A DNA stretch of 64,000 bases, taken from positions 1 through 64,000 of the forward strand of contig CAXXFV010000029.1 of assembly GCA_963674595.2 (NCBI GenBank). The letters are read 5' to 3'. Positions 19,412 to 29,031 of the stretch are shown one piece after another. The stretch comes from a bacterium (GTDB lineage: Bacteria; Zhuqueibacterota; Zhuqueibacteria; Residuimicrobiales; Krinioviventaceae). The notes below the pieces were generated by a model. It made no database searches, was not told the DNA's origin, and saw nothing but the letters and a program-made list of their open reading frames with translations. Each line of letters opens with the position of its first letter. Position 1 is the stretch's first letter. The translations under genes were made by a program, and so were the position numbers.

Positions 19412-19921
19412 GTGATATTAGAAAGCTTGCTTTTAATATTTAAATATTTATTGGCGTTCCTTGGGGGTTTTACAGTTATTGTTGCTATTAAACAACTTTT
19501 AGAGGCACAACATCAAAGGGCAGCGGCGATGTCCTGGAGTCTATACAAAACTTATTCATCAGAAGAAATGGAAGTTGCAAAAAAAACATTGTATTTGATC
19601 AAAGATGAGTTTTCAAATGCCGAAGAGTATAAAGCAAAATTTCATGATCAAGAACTTGGATCAGAAGCCAAAACCCAGGATCGTAAAATTTTATTTCGAC
19701 TGCGCTTTTTTCATCAAGCTGGCTTACTAGTAAAAAAAAGACTTGTCGATGCGGATTTATTATTCGGATTGGTGGGTCAAGGATTAAAAACAGATTATAA
19801 TTTACTTGGAATCATTGCAGAAAGCCATAGAAGAGCACATTTATCTCCATTAATGTTTGATCATTTTGAATATTTATATAATCGATATTTAAAATGGGAA
19901 GCCTCAAAGCAAAAAAAATAA
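19412..19921 (+). CDS. DUF4760-like membrane-anchored hypothetical protein
   Basis: N-terminal TM, QLLEAQ, RFFHQAGLLVKKRLVD, FEYLY pattern. Confidence 0.6.
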   Translation: MILESLLLIFKYLLAFLGGFTVIVAIKQLLEAQHQRAAAMSWSLYKTYSSEEMEVAKKTLYLIKDEFSNAEEYKAKFHDQELGSEAKTQDRKILFRLRFFHQAGLLVKKRLVDADLLFGLVGQGLKTDYNLLGIIAESHRRAHLSPLMFDHFEYLYNRYLKWEASKQKK

Positions 19922-19954
19922 GATCAGACTATTTGTACAGTAATTAGCCGTGGC

Positions 19955-20605
19955 GTGCAGTCCTACTGTACCCTACAACTTTGGATAAAACAAATAATAT
20001 ATAAATCTATGAATATACCTAAATGGCTCAAACTCATCGTTTTTACTGTTTTTATTTTATCACTTATCGGAATAGTTTTTGATTTATTTACTGACTATGA
20101 AATATTAGGTTCAATTGCGGATTTAGCACTTATTATGTCCTTACTTGTGTTGATAATTTATGCCTATTATACGTACTTATTATCAAAAGACGCATGGACA
20201 CCCAGTGCATCGATCCAATTAGAGTCAGACAACCAAAATCCTCCACATATACGTGTCAGCATCCAGAACCATAGTAAATTATCACTTAATTGTTGGTGTA
20301 ACCTTAAAGTAACCGTTTTTGGAGAACAGATTTTTTTAGGCGGTTTTTATGATGGGAAATCTTCCTTTGACTTACAGCCTTTCGGAAGTGGAACTGGACA
20401 TTTTAGAATCAAAAAAATACTGAAAGATGCTGACAAGTCAATTGATGAAATGAAAAAAAATGCCACACCTGAGAATATCAAAAACCAACTAAACTTTGAA
20501 TTACATTTTTGGTATAATCCAGTAGGAGAAAAAATAAAAAAGGAAAATCCGATATTAAGATATTATTTTGATTTTTCTTCTAATAGATTAATAATTGATA
20601 TATAA
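19955..20605 (+). CDS. Hypothetical membrane protein (likely start MNIPKW)
   Basis: Two TM helices then a soluble domain. Confidence 0.65.
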   Translation: MQSYCTLQLWIKQIIYKSMNIPKWLKLIVFTVFILSLIGIVFDLFTDYEILGSIADLALIMSLLVLIIYAYYTYLLSKDAWTPSASIQLESDNQNPPHIRVSIQNHSKLSLNCWCNLKVTVFGEQIFLGGFYDGKSSFDLQPFGSGTGHFRIKKILKDADKSIDEMKKNATPENIKNQLNFELHFWYNPVGEKIKKENPILRYYFDFSSNRLIIDI

Positions 20606-20902
20606 ATTGCTCACCTTGACAACATTCACCCAAGGCGCAATTAACTGAAAAATACACCCAATGACACGTTTCATCATCATCATATTTGCCTTTCTACCCT
20701 CCTTGTTGGCGGCGCAGGTGCAAGGTGATTTGTTATATACACACGGCAATGATACGCGGTACGTTCCCTTTATGTACCTGTTAAACGACACGCTTGACTA
20801 TGCAGTTTTGTAGGTGCAATTCTACCGCCCCATTAAAGTTTCTACAAGGGAAAATACGATAAACTAAAAGTATCGCCAACAACTCGTAATTTGTAAAAAA
20901 AG

Positions 20903-21448
20903 GTGAATGGAGCTATGATGAAAAAATTATTTGGTTTAGTGTTGATTTTATTAATCATTGCAGCCGGAATTATATTTGCCTTAAACTATTTTCAACTAGA
21001 AAAACCTATGACGGATGTCTTGAAAAACAACTCTTCAAATAAAGGTATTAAAATTTCTGTTTACTATGACAACTATATTAATCTTTCAAAAATAGTCATC
21101 AGCATCAAGGGTATTTCGGGACAAAATAGTCGTGCAGATGTTTTCAGGGTGTTTCTTCAGTTTGCTGAAAAAATGAAGGACAAAAAATTTACATATGTTT
21201 ATTTCGCTTTTAATAGAGATAAGCGATTTATGATAGATGGTGATTATTTTCAAAAACTTGGAAAAGAATATTCTTTTCAAAATCCAGCCTATACTATCAG
21301 AACGTTTCCGGAAAATCTGAAAAATCCAAAAGGAACCAGTGCATATTCATCCTGGACGGGTGGTCTCATCGGTGTTTTAAATAAACAAATGGAAGATTTT
21401 AACGATTTTCATGACAAGTGGTATATTAATGATCTTTTAATAAAATAA
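20903..21448 (+). CDS. Hypothetical membrane-anchored protein
   Basis: GGAG RBS, N-terminal TM, long ORF. Confidence 0.7.
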   Translation: MNGAMMKKLFGLVLILLIIAAGIIFALNYFQLEKPMTDVLKNNSSNKGIKISVYYDNYINLSKIVISIKGISGQNSRADVFRVFLQFAEKMKDKKFTYVYFAFNRDKRFMIDGDYFQKLGKEYSFQNPAYTIRTFPENLKNPKGTSAYSSWTGGLIGVLNKQMEDFNDFHDKWYINDLLIK

Positions 21449-21603
21449 GGTAAGCTTGCTTTTTTTACAAGTCCGGCGAATAGACGATCTATAGACAAAA
21501 ATATAAAGCTGAAATTGGATGTTGAGAAAAATTTAGTGTATAATTATCGAAAAAAAATAGACAAACCTTTTAGTCTTACATAATATTTTAAGGAGGCAGA
21601 ATT

Positions 21604-22278
21604 ATGACCAGGCGACATTTCCTTTTAACGTTAACGGTTTTTTGTTTTATATGTTTATCAAACGTATCTCAAGCTCAGATAAAGGCAGTGACAGATGATG
21701 GTAAAGTGGTCCTTTTATATGATGACGGCACATGGACGTATAGCGATTATAGCGAGCAGCCCTCAACTAATGATTTTACATTTAGAAACACATACTGGGG
21801 GATGTCAAAAGCACAGGTAAAAGAATCTGAAAAAACCAACTTAATTAAAGAAGAGGCTAATTTACTTGTTTATCAAGGTACAGTGTCTGATTTGGGTTGT
21901 TTAATTGTATATATTTTTTCTCAAGAAAAATTAGTGCGTTGTAAATATTCGATCATTGAAAAACACACTAATAGAAATGATTATATAACTGACCAACAAA
22001 AATTGAAAAAAATATTAATAGACAAATATAAAGATCCAATACAAGACGATACGGCTTGGAAAAATGATCTATATCGAAATGATTATCAAGAATGGGGATT
22101 TGCTGTGAGTGTCGGTCATCTGGTTTATTTTACTAAATGGGAAAACACGGAAACTGAAATTACCCTGGTTTTATATGGAGAAAATTATGATATAACTTTG
22201 GGAGTAGAGTATAAGAGTAAAGGGCTAAAAATTTTAGAAGAGCAAGACAGGCAGCAAAAGGCAGCTAACGAATTTTAA
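21604..22278 (+). CDS. Secreted hypothetical protein (DUF3157-like N-terminus)
   Basis: AAGGAGG RBS, signal peptide, AVTDDGKVVLLYDDGTWTY, FRNTYWGMS. Confidence 0.7.
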   Translation: MTRRHFLLTLTVFCFICLSNVSQAQIKAVTDDGKVVLLYDDGTWTYSDYSEQPSTNDFTFRNTYWGMSKAQVKESEKTNLIKEEANLLVYQGTVSDLGCLIVYIFSQEKLVRCKYSIIEKHTNRNDYITDQQKLKKILIDKYKDPIQDDTAWKNDLYRNDYQEWGFAVSVGHLVYFTKWENTETEITLVLYGENYDITLGVEYKSKGLKILEEQDRQQKAANEF

Positions 22279-22351
22279 TAGTCGCAGGTTGTGCCATTTT
22301 TCATGGCCCAACAATTAACACCATAAAGACAAAATATAAAACGAACCATGC

Positions 22352-22978
22352 ATGACATCAAACAAACAGATCGTTCCGGTCGGTAAAATCGAAGAACGGA
22401 TATTACTTGTACGCGGCAAAAAAGTAATACTTGATTCTGATCTTGCCGGATTATATGGCGTTGAAACGCGTCGTCTTAATGAACAGGTACGCAGGAATAT
22501 AGAAAAATTCCCGCAAGATTTTATATTTCAACTCAACAAAAAGGAATTTGCCAACTTGAAATCGCAATTTGCGACATCAAGTTCCGGTTGAGGTGGCCGC
22601 CGAACAGCTCCCCTGGTTTTTACAGAACATGGCGCCTTGCAGGCAGCAAATGTTCTTTATTCAAATCAGGCCAATAAAATGAGTGTGTATATCGTCCGGG
22701 CATTTGTACGATTATGCGAGTTTGCATTGACCAATGAAAAGCTGGCCCGCAAAGTAGACCAGCTTGAAAAAAGAGTAAGCGAACATGACGCCATATTTAC
22801 AAAATTGGTCCGGGAAATTCGCCGGTTAATTGAAACCCCGGCACCAAAAACAAAAGAACACAAAATCGTGTTTATTCCTCCGGAGGAACGGAATCCAGAG
22901 CTTAAATTTACTCGCCTTGATAAAATCTCCAGAGCGGCATCAGGCGGGGTATTTATCCGTGCAAGAGGGAAAAAATAA
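22352..22978 (+). pseudogene. ORF6N-domain DNA-binding protein interrupted by in-frame TGA
   Basis: VRGKKVILDSDLAGLYGVETRRLNEQVRRN; TGA at 22589-22591 replaces Trp of the conserved WGGRR...FTEHG motif; downstream part is in frame. Confidence 0.85.
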
Positions 22979-23040
22979 CTTTTAACGTTTCTGAATATAA
23001 TTTTAAGGTAAATACAAAATCATTAATAAATAATTAATCT

Positions 23041-23607
23041 GTGAGGTTAGAAATGAAAATGAATTATAAATTTGCCCTGATATTGATTTTTTTATGTATG
23101 CTTTTGATTCCCAATGCACATAGCCAAAACAAATTTGAAAAAATTGGGGTCATGGAAACAATACTTGGCAAAATAGAAATTTATGCAATTTGGACTGAAG
23201 ATTTAGTGAATCCACAAGCGGCAGCAGGCATTTCATTCAACAGTGGCAAGATTATAATATTGGTGCGTCCTGAATATTGGGGCCCATTCTCAGATGCTCT
23301 CAATAAAGCTTTAGAAAAGGTAAAACCTGTATATAATGGACCAAAATTAACAGAAGAAGAGAAAACAATTGCAAAAGTAGAGCTCAAGTTTGAGAAAAAT
23401 TATGAGGTTATTATACAATGGATGCCGCGCTCTGACGAGGGATCAAAAGGGGTTGTATATATCAGACTTTTGCATGAAGGTAATCCTAAATCAGATCAAT
23501 CCGTTTCGCTTATGATGTATCCTGAACAAGCAGAAGCTTTTATCAAGGCAACTGCCAAGGCAGTTAAAGTAGCAGAAACCAAAGCAGCAGAATCAAAAGA
23601 GATTTAA
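23041..23607 (+). CDS. Secreted hypothetical protein
   Basis: Signal peptide, long ORF. Confidence 0.65.
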   Translation: MRLEMKMNYKFALILIFLCMLLIPNAHSQNKFEKIGVMETILGKIEIYAIWTEDLVNPQAAAGISFNSGKIIILVRPEYWGPFSDALNKALEKVKPVYNGPKLTEEEKTIAKVELKFEKNYEVIIQWMPRSDEGSKGVVYIRLLHEGNPKSDQSVSLMMYPEQAEAFIKATAKAVKVAETKAAESKEI

Positions 23608-23904
23608 GTAACAGGGTGTGGTTCTACCGCACCATTGAATGTTCTTTTTTAAAAAAATCCTGTAACCGGTGCCGTAAAACTGCACCCTGCATTCTGGTTT
23701 TTAAAGAATATAAAAAAAAGTAATTCTCCCAGCCTTGATAACATTTTCCAGGGCACGTTTAGGCAAATTATTTACGCTGATAACACATGGTGCAAAGATG
23801 TAAATATTAATATAAGCCCATTATTTGAGAACGGATCAGGACAGAATGCCCTGTTTTATTTAACACCCCGGAAAAGGAATTCCGGGATAAGCAAAGGATA
23901 ATAA

Positions 23905-24510
23905 ATGAGTCCTTATAAAATGAAACGTAAAGATTATCAGCAGAATATCAGAGCACTAATTATATTGTTTTATGGACTTGCGATTGCAACAGGCCTAGAG
24001 TACTCAATTCCTAAAATATTACCAGAATCAGGAGATTATAAAAATTTTACACAATTATTCCCTTTTGTATTTCTTTCATTAGCAATTGCTCTTTCAGACT
24101 GGGTAATGTATTTTACTTTAGCTGCACAAAATAAGTATAAAAACATCGCCAGAGTAGTGCTTGATATTTTATTTCCTATATTTATTTACTTTCTTTTTGT
24201 ATTAATAAGCAATGTTGAACTTTATATAATATTTTTCACGTTATATTTTTTCTTATCCATTATTTATTTACTGTTGTTAAAGGCTGATAAAGAGACTGCT
24301 AATCCTCCCAAGATAATTCTAATTCCAAATTTAGGTTTCACGTTTTCCGGATTAATACTCATTTTTATATTATATTGTAATTTGTTTTCTAACAAGTTAG
24401 AAAATATTATTTCAATACTATTTTCCTTAATTGTCGGTCTTATTTGGTTATGTTGTAGTTTTTATTATTTAAATACGAAACTTGAAGAAACGAAGGATAA
24501 AACAGTTTAA
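23905..24510 (+). CDS. Multi-pass membrane hypothetical protein
   Basis: About six hydrophobic segments. Confidence 0.65.
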   Translation: MSPYKMKRKDYQQNIRALIILFYGLAIATGLEYSIPKILPESGDYKNFTQLFPFVFLSLAIALSDWVMYFTLAAQNKYKNIARVVLDILFPIFIYFLFVLISNVELYIIFFTLYFFLSIIYLLLLKADKETANPPKIILIPNLGFTFSGLILIFILYCNLFSNKLENIISILFSLIVGLIWLCCSFYYLNTKLEETKDKTV

Positions 24511-24730
24511 ACAAAAAGATAATAAAACATTTTTTTGCCTATGTATATTTAAAAATTATTTCTATTCCCTTGATAACATTTCCCAAGGCGCGAATAAACG
24601 ATTTATACACCCAATGTAAGTAAATGGTCGGGGTTATTCATGCAACGCGCCAATAAGTTAACTAGAGAAATATAAAACTGTCATTCTGTAAAAATCCTGC
24701 CGGGATTAAGAACCGAAAGTCAGAAAGGAG

Positions 24731-25951
24731 TTGTTCATGTTACACCTGGTTATAAAGAGAATATTATCCTTAGATAATGGCACATTTATTATGGGAATTC
24801 GACAAAAATGGAATGATTGTAAAAATTTAATACTTTTTTTAATTTTTGCTCTAGTTATAGCACCTTTTATGACTTGTGATCAGCCAACAAGTACAGAAAA
24901 ACAAGAATTATATGGCGTGTTTTTAGGTATAGCTGATTTAAATTATCAATCCTCTACTCAAAATAAATTTGAGGAGGGTTGCAGACGTTTCTCATATTAT
25001 GAGGGTGATCAAATTACATTTTACCTGGGTCGGATGAAGATTGGAACCATACCGGCAAAGCCTAAAATTACACTTTTTGATTTTGTTCCAGAAACAAAAG
25101 ATATATACCACCCAACTCTAATAAATATGTGCCGATTTTTATGGCAGTGCAGTGGGTCTTCAAGCAGGGGATGCGGAACGCTTTCCATTCCTTTGAGTAT
25201 TAGAGAAAAGGCTATGAGTTATACAGATCAAGTCGATTTTGATCAAACCATAAATGAATTTGAGCGAAAGTATAGCCCCATGATGTCCGCTCTTGCAGGA
25301 AGTGGTTATTTTATGAAAATCGAACGTGCCAAAGAAATCTTAAATTGTCATGCATCTTTGGACGAGAATGACGATTATGACAGAGATAATTTCTCTGAAA
25401 GAGAAGGAGATTGCAATGATCTTGATCCCCTTATAAATCCGGATGCTCCGGAGCTTTTAGGTGACGAGATCGATAATAATTGTAATTCAAAAATCGATGA
25501 ACCTCGCGATGAAATTATTCAAAGTGTTTGTAGTGGTAATGGATGGCAAAAAGCATCAGACTATGATAGTTTAAAGCAAGGTATTCATCCAATCTTAGTC
25601 CCTGCTTCAAATTTCATAAATTTTAAAGATGCACTTCCACCTGCCTGGATACCAAATGAGACATCTATAGAACTTTTGGTTTGTTATGAAAACGACGAGT
25701 TCAATTGTATTCAATTATGTCATTATAAGGACCCTAACTCTTCCCGTACAGCAGAGATAAACCGCATTAGGCATAGTATTATCGTTTCTGTGTATATAGC
25801 TAAAACCGGCACAAAAATCAAAGAAAAGAAATTTTATGGAGGAAAACCTTCACCATGTCCGGCAACAACCACAGGAAGTAGAACTATCACCGGATCAAAA
25901 GTAAAACCGGAAACAATTATCGAATGGTTAAAACAATTTGTTGAAATTTGA
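24731..25951 (+). CDS. Probable lipoprotein with putative metal-binding (MopE-like) motif
   Basis: FMTC lipobox-like; GDCNDLDPLINPDAPELLGDEIDNNCN. Confidence 0.7.
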   Translation: MFMLHLVIKRILSLDNGTFIMGIRQKWNDCKNLILFLIFALVIAPFMTCDQPTSTEKQELYGVFLGIADLNYQSSTQNKFEEGCRRFSYYEGDQITFYLGRMKIGTIPAKPKITLFDFVPETKDIYHPTLINMCRFLWQCSGSSSRGCGTLSIPLSIREKAMSYTDQVDFDQTINEFERKYSPMMSALAGSGYFMKIERAKEILNCHASLDENDDYDRDNFSEREGDCNDLDPLINPDAPELLGDEIDNNCNSKIDEPRDEIIQSVCSGNGWQKASDYDSLKQGIHPILVPASNFINFKDALPPAWIPNETSIELLVCYENDEFNCIQLCHYKDPNSSRTAEINRIRHSIIVSVYIAKTGTKIKEKKFYGGKPSPCPATTTGSRTITGSKVKPETIIEWLKQFVEI

Positions 25952-26320
25952 GTTTAGTAAGGATTGTAAAATAAAACTCTTTACTAGCCCCGGAACTTCT
26001 TTTCCGGGGCGCACTTGGATGGGGTATTTACCCCGCGTAGATAAATGGCCGGGTTCCCTTTTGCAGCCCGGCAATAAAATAACCGGCGAAATATAAAACT
26101 GTCATTCTGTAAGAATCCTGCCGGGATTAAGAACCTAAAGTCAGCAAGATGCTTCCGGCATGACATGTTGTTTTTTCGTCCCTGTTTCATGGGTTCCGCA
26201 GAGGAATGCAAATCCCCTGCGAGCCAAGAAATCCCACCTCCTGCCCCGCAACCCCTTACTCCACAATCCGAAACAGCACATTTCGTGCGGGGAAAAAGCA
26301 CTAAATTCTTGAAAAACCAC

Positions 26321-26535
26321 TTGCACTAATGACTCAAAATTTGTACCATTATTTTATCAGCTATAAAGGATTGTTTTAAGAACAATTGGGTCTACGAGGG
26401 AGAATGTTCACGTCCTTTGGCTGATTTTCCACACATACAAACGGGCTTGTAAAATTCGAGGAATCGATTGTGCCGATTACAAAATCACATTCCTTTTATT
26501 TCACATTCACAATTTTTGGGCTGGGTGAGGTGCGT
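26321..26535 (+). ncRNA. Promoter + structured RNA element, copy 3
   Basis: TTGCAC-17-TACCAT, ATCAG at 26356, ATCAGCTA/TGGCTGAT, AAAGGAT/GTCCTTT, GAACA/TGTTC, GGAAT/ATTCC. Confidence 0.75.
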
Positions 26536-26695
26536 TCGGACGATAATAATTTGCAAAATTTATTATCAATCCATCATTAATTTATATGATCTAAAAACAA
26601 GAATTGATTTGGGCTGCGTAACACGGTCCTGCAAGCCCAAAATTCATTATCAAATCCGTTCAATACAATGTCAGACAAAGAATTAGCGTGTCAAA

Positions 26696-27259
26696 ATGGA
26701 TATTGTAATCGAGAGTTTTAAAAATTTCGTTAATGACCGGTTCGCCCGCTATCGAATGGGGCGGCAATTTTATCCCAGCAATCCCTCTACCGAGGATCAG
26801 TTTAGCCTTAATCCCTATCTTAAAACCGAGGCCGATATTCAGGTAAAATTTGGCGGTTATCTTGAAAACCGGCTTTTGCAGCACCATCCGCAATTAACCG
26901 TTCATGCAGAAATGCCGGTGTATAAAAAGTATCCAAGAGCAAGGGCCGATCTTACAATACATCGCGCAGGTACCGGCAGCTATTGGGTATCTCACGACCT
27001 GATTCTCGCGTCTCTTGACAGCGTAATTGAAATTAAATATGCAAATGTGATAACGCCGTATCATGATTTTAATAGCGGTGGCATAAAAAAGGACATTGAT
27101 GTGCTTGGCACTGTTCCGGACAGCGTAAAAAAATACCTCATCATAGTGGATGAAGCAGAATTAATCGAACCCGGCAAAATTAAAAACTTTCTTGATGATG
27201 CTAAAGCATCCCATATAACTATTGTTTCGAATAATCATAAAATCATTAGCGAGGTTTGA
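26696..27259 (+). CDS. Putative PD-(D/E)XK nuclease-fold protein
   Basis: TEADIQ ... VHAE ... ADLTI ... VIEIKY. Confidence 0.6.
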   Translation: MDIVIESFKNFVNDRFARYRMGRQFYPSNPSTEDQFSLNPYLKTEADIQVKFGGYLENRLLQHHPQLTVHAEMPVYKKYPRARADLTIHRAGTGSYWVSHDLILASLDSVIEIKYANVITPYHDFNSGGIKKDIDVLGTVPDSVKKYLIIVDEAELIEPGKIKNFLDDAKASHITIVSNNHKIISEV

Positions 27260-27407
27260 CAAATTGCTGCAACGGCTGTTTTTCTGTGCAGTGTTATCAA
27301 CCCCGTGTACAAGCTTGCAGGGCGCCGGTCCTGCCGCAGCATTTTATATTCAATATGCGAAACATTCTATTTTTTTGAATACCGGAAAAAAATTCCGTGA
27401 AACATGA

Positions 27408-28454
27408 GTGTCATTGGAGGTAAAAATGTTAAATAAATTTTGTATTGCTGCAATTACTATAACGATTACTTTATTTGCTTGCAAATCACCGACCGAATCT
27501 GATTCAAATGATGTAAAAAGTCTTGGAAACCCTTCTTTGGTAAGCCCAGACAATGGAACGGAACTGGAAGATACCAGTCCGACTTTCAAGTGGAAAAGTA
27601 TAAATGAGGCAACAGGCTATGAAATTTCTGTTGATAAAAACAGCTCCTTTTCCAGTCCGGATGTGAATGAAGAAACGGAATCTTCACCCTTTACACCAAC
27701 AACCAACCTTTCCACGGGCAAATATTACTGGAAGGTGCGGGCAAAGGGCCCTGATAAAAAGTGGGGTGATTGGTCATCTGTTTGGAATTTTACAATTATC
27801 CAGGTCATACCTCCGCCGGAAGCGCCTACGTTGTCCGGCCCTGAAAAAGGGTCAACCACATCAAATACAACACCTTTATTTTCATGGAGCCCTGTGGACA
27901 ATGCGGTAAAATATGAACTGATTGTTGATAATAATTCTAACTGGAGCAGTCCTGTCATCCACAATTCAAATTTATCCGAAACAGATTACACGCCCACGTC
28001 TTCACTCCCGGCAGACAAGTATTATTGGAGAGTCAGGGCCGTGAACGAAAACGACCAAAAAGGTGACTGGAGCAGCACCTGGAATTTTACAATTCGCGAG
28101 GCTGATAAATATGAACAACTCTTAATCGGCGGCTGGAAGGCCTCCTATGCGGATCTTTATTACAATGTTTATTCGGAATATCTGTTTACAGATTCAGGAG
28201 AAATCAGCTCCTATACGGCTTTTTACAGTAATGTTTATACAAATTTTGCTACGCTCTATACCGGCACTTTTCAGGTACTAAAAAATGGTGGTAATTATTA
28301 TATAAGTTATAACTATACGAGTTGGGATCTGCCGCCGGAAATAACACCCTATCCCAGCGGCGGTATGCAGTTTAAATTTAATTCGCAGGAAAAGTTGCAA
28401 ATATTAATGTCAACCGGATATGGTAACAAATGGATAACCTATAGTCGTTTATGA
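27408..28454 (+). CDS. Lipoprotein with two FN3/Ig-like repeats
   Basis: LFAC lipobox; two GKYYWKVRA / DKYYWRVRA ...WS..WNFT repeats; paralogue of 42982..44025. Confidence 0.8.
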   Translation: MSLEVKMLNKFCIAAITITITLFACKSPTESDSNDVKSLGNPSLVSPDNGTELEDTSPTFKWKSINEATGYEISVDKNSSFSSPDVNEETESSPFTPTTNLSTGKYYWKVRAKGPDKKWGDWSSVWNFTIIQVIPPPEAPTLSGPEKGSTTSNTTPLFSWSPVDNAVKYELIVDNNSNWSSPVIHNSNLSETDYTPTSSLPADKYYWRVRAVNENDQKGDWSSTWNFTIREADKYEQLLIGGWKASYADLYYNVYSEYLFTDSGEISSYTAFYSNVYTNFATLYTGTFQVLKNGGNYYISYNYTSWDLPPEITPYPSGGMQFKFNSQEKLQILMSTGYGNKWITYSRL

Positions 28455-28519
28455 GAAAACCGATAACCGGGTGTTTTAAACCGTCCGGTATGGAAAAATA
28501 AAAGATGCAATCCCGGTTT

Positions 28520-28910
28520 TATGGATTCCACAGGGGATTGCAAATCCCCTGCGGGCGGGTCTGTTAAAAGCTGAATCTCAAGCGGACGCTGGGCTGCCTT
28601 TCGGTTCCGCTCAAGGACCGCTTTCGACTTCGCTCAAGGACCGCCCGGATTCTGCTATAAACCCGGACTCCAAGCGGACGCTGAGTGGCCTTTCGGCTCC
28701 GCTCAAGGACCGAGTCGAAGCGGGAGCGGAAGCGTGTCGTGCGGTGTCACCCTGTAAAACCGGTTCCGCAGGAGATTGCAAATCCCCTGCGAAAGGAGAA
28801 AATTTAAGAACATCTATCTCCACATACCAAATCCCGAAGGGATGACATATTTGATCGCCCGGTGGTTCCTACCTCTTGGCGTAGTAAAGTAAAGGCTTGG
28901 CCTTTATATA
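28520..28910. repeat. Mixed REP cluster
   Basis: CAGGGGATTGCAAATCCCCTG, TTCG..TCCGCTCAAGGACC, AATCCCGAAGGGATGACAT and GATC-hairpin motifs recurring elsewhere in the window. Confidence 0.75.
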
Positions 28911-29031
28911 TAATGACTATAAATAAGGAATGTTTGCCATAAAAGGGCAAAGCCCTTTTGTTAATCCGTACAATAAGAAAAAATAACGAAACAGTGCCAT
29001 AATATTGCACACAAAAACAAAGAAGGACTCT

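Larger units (their letters stand above)
19293..26040 (+). repeat. Dispersed ~50-bp intergenic repeat (CCTTGAYAAC..TTYCCARGGCRC..) at ~19293, 20614, 22915, 23733, 24568, 25988; also ~19-60 on minus strand
   Basis: Visual alignment of seven degenerate copies, each at or shortly after the 3' end of a gene. Confidence 0.7.

Noticed and set aside
22589-22591. Genetic code reassignment of TGA
   Set aside because: Many intact genes here end in TGA (e.g. 19283, 31236, 56905) and use TGG for Trp.
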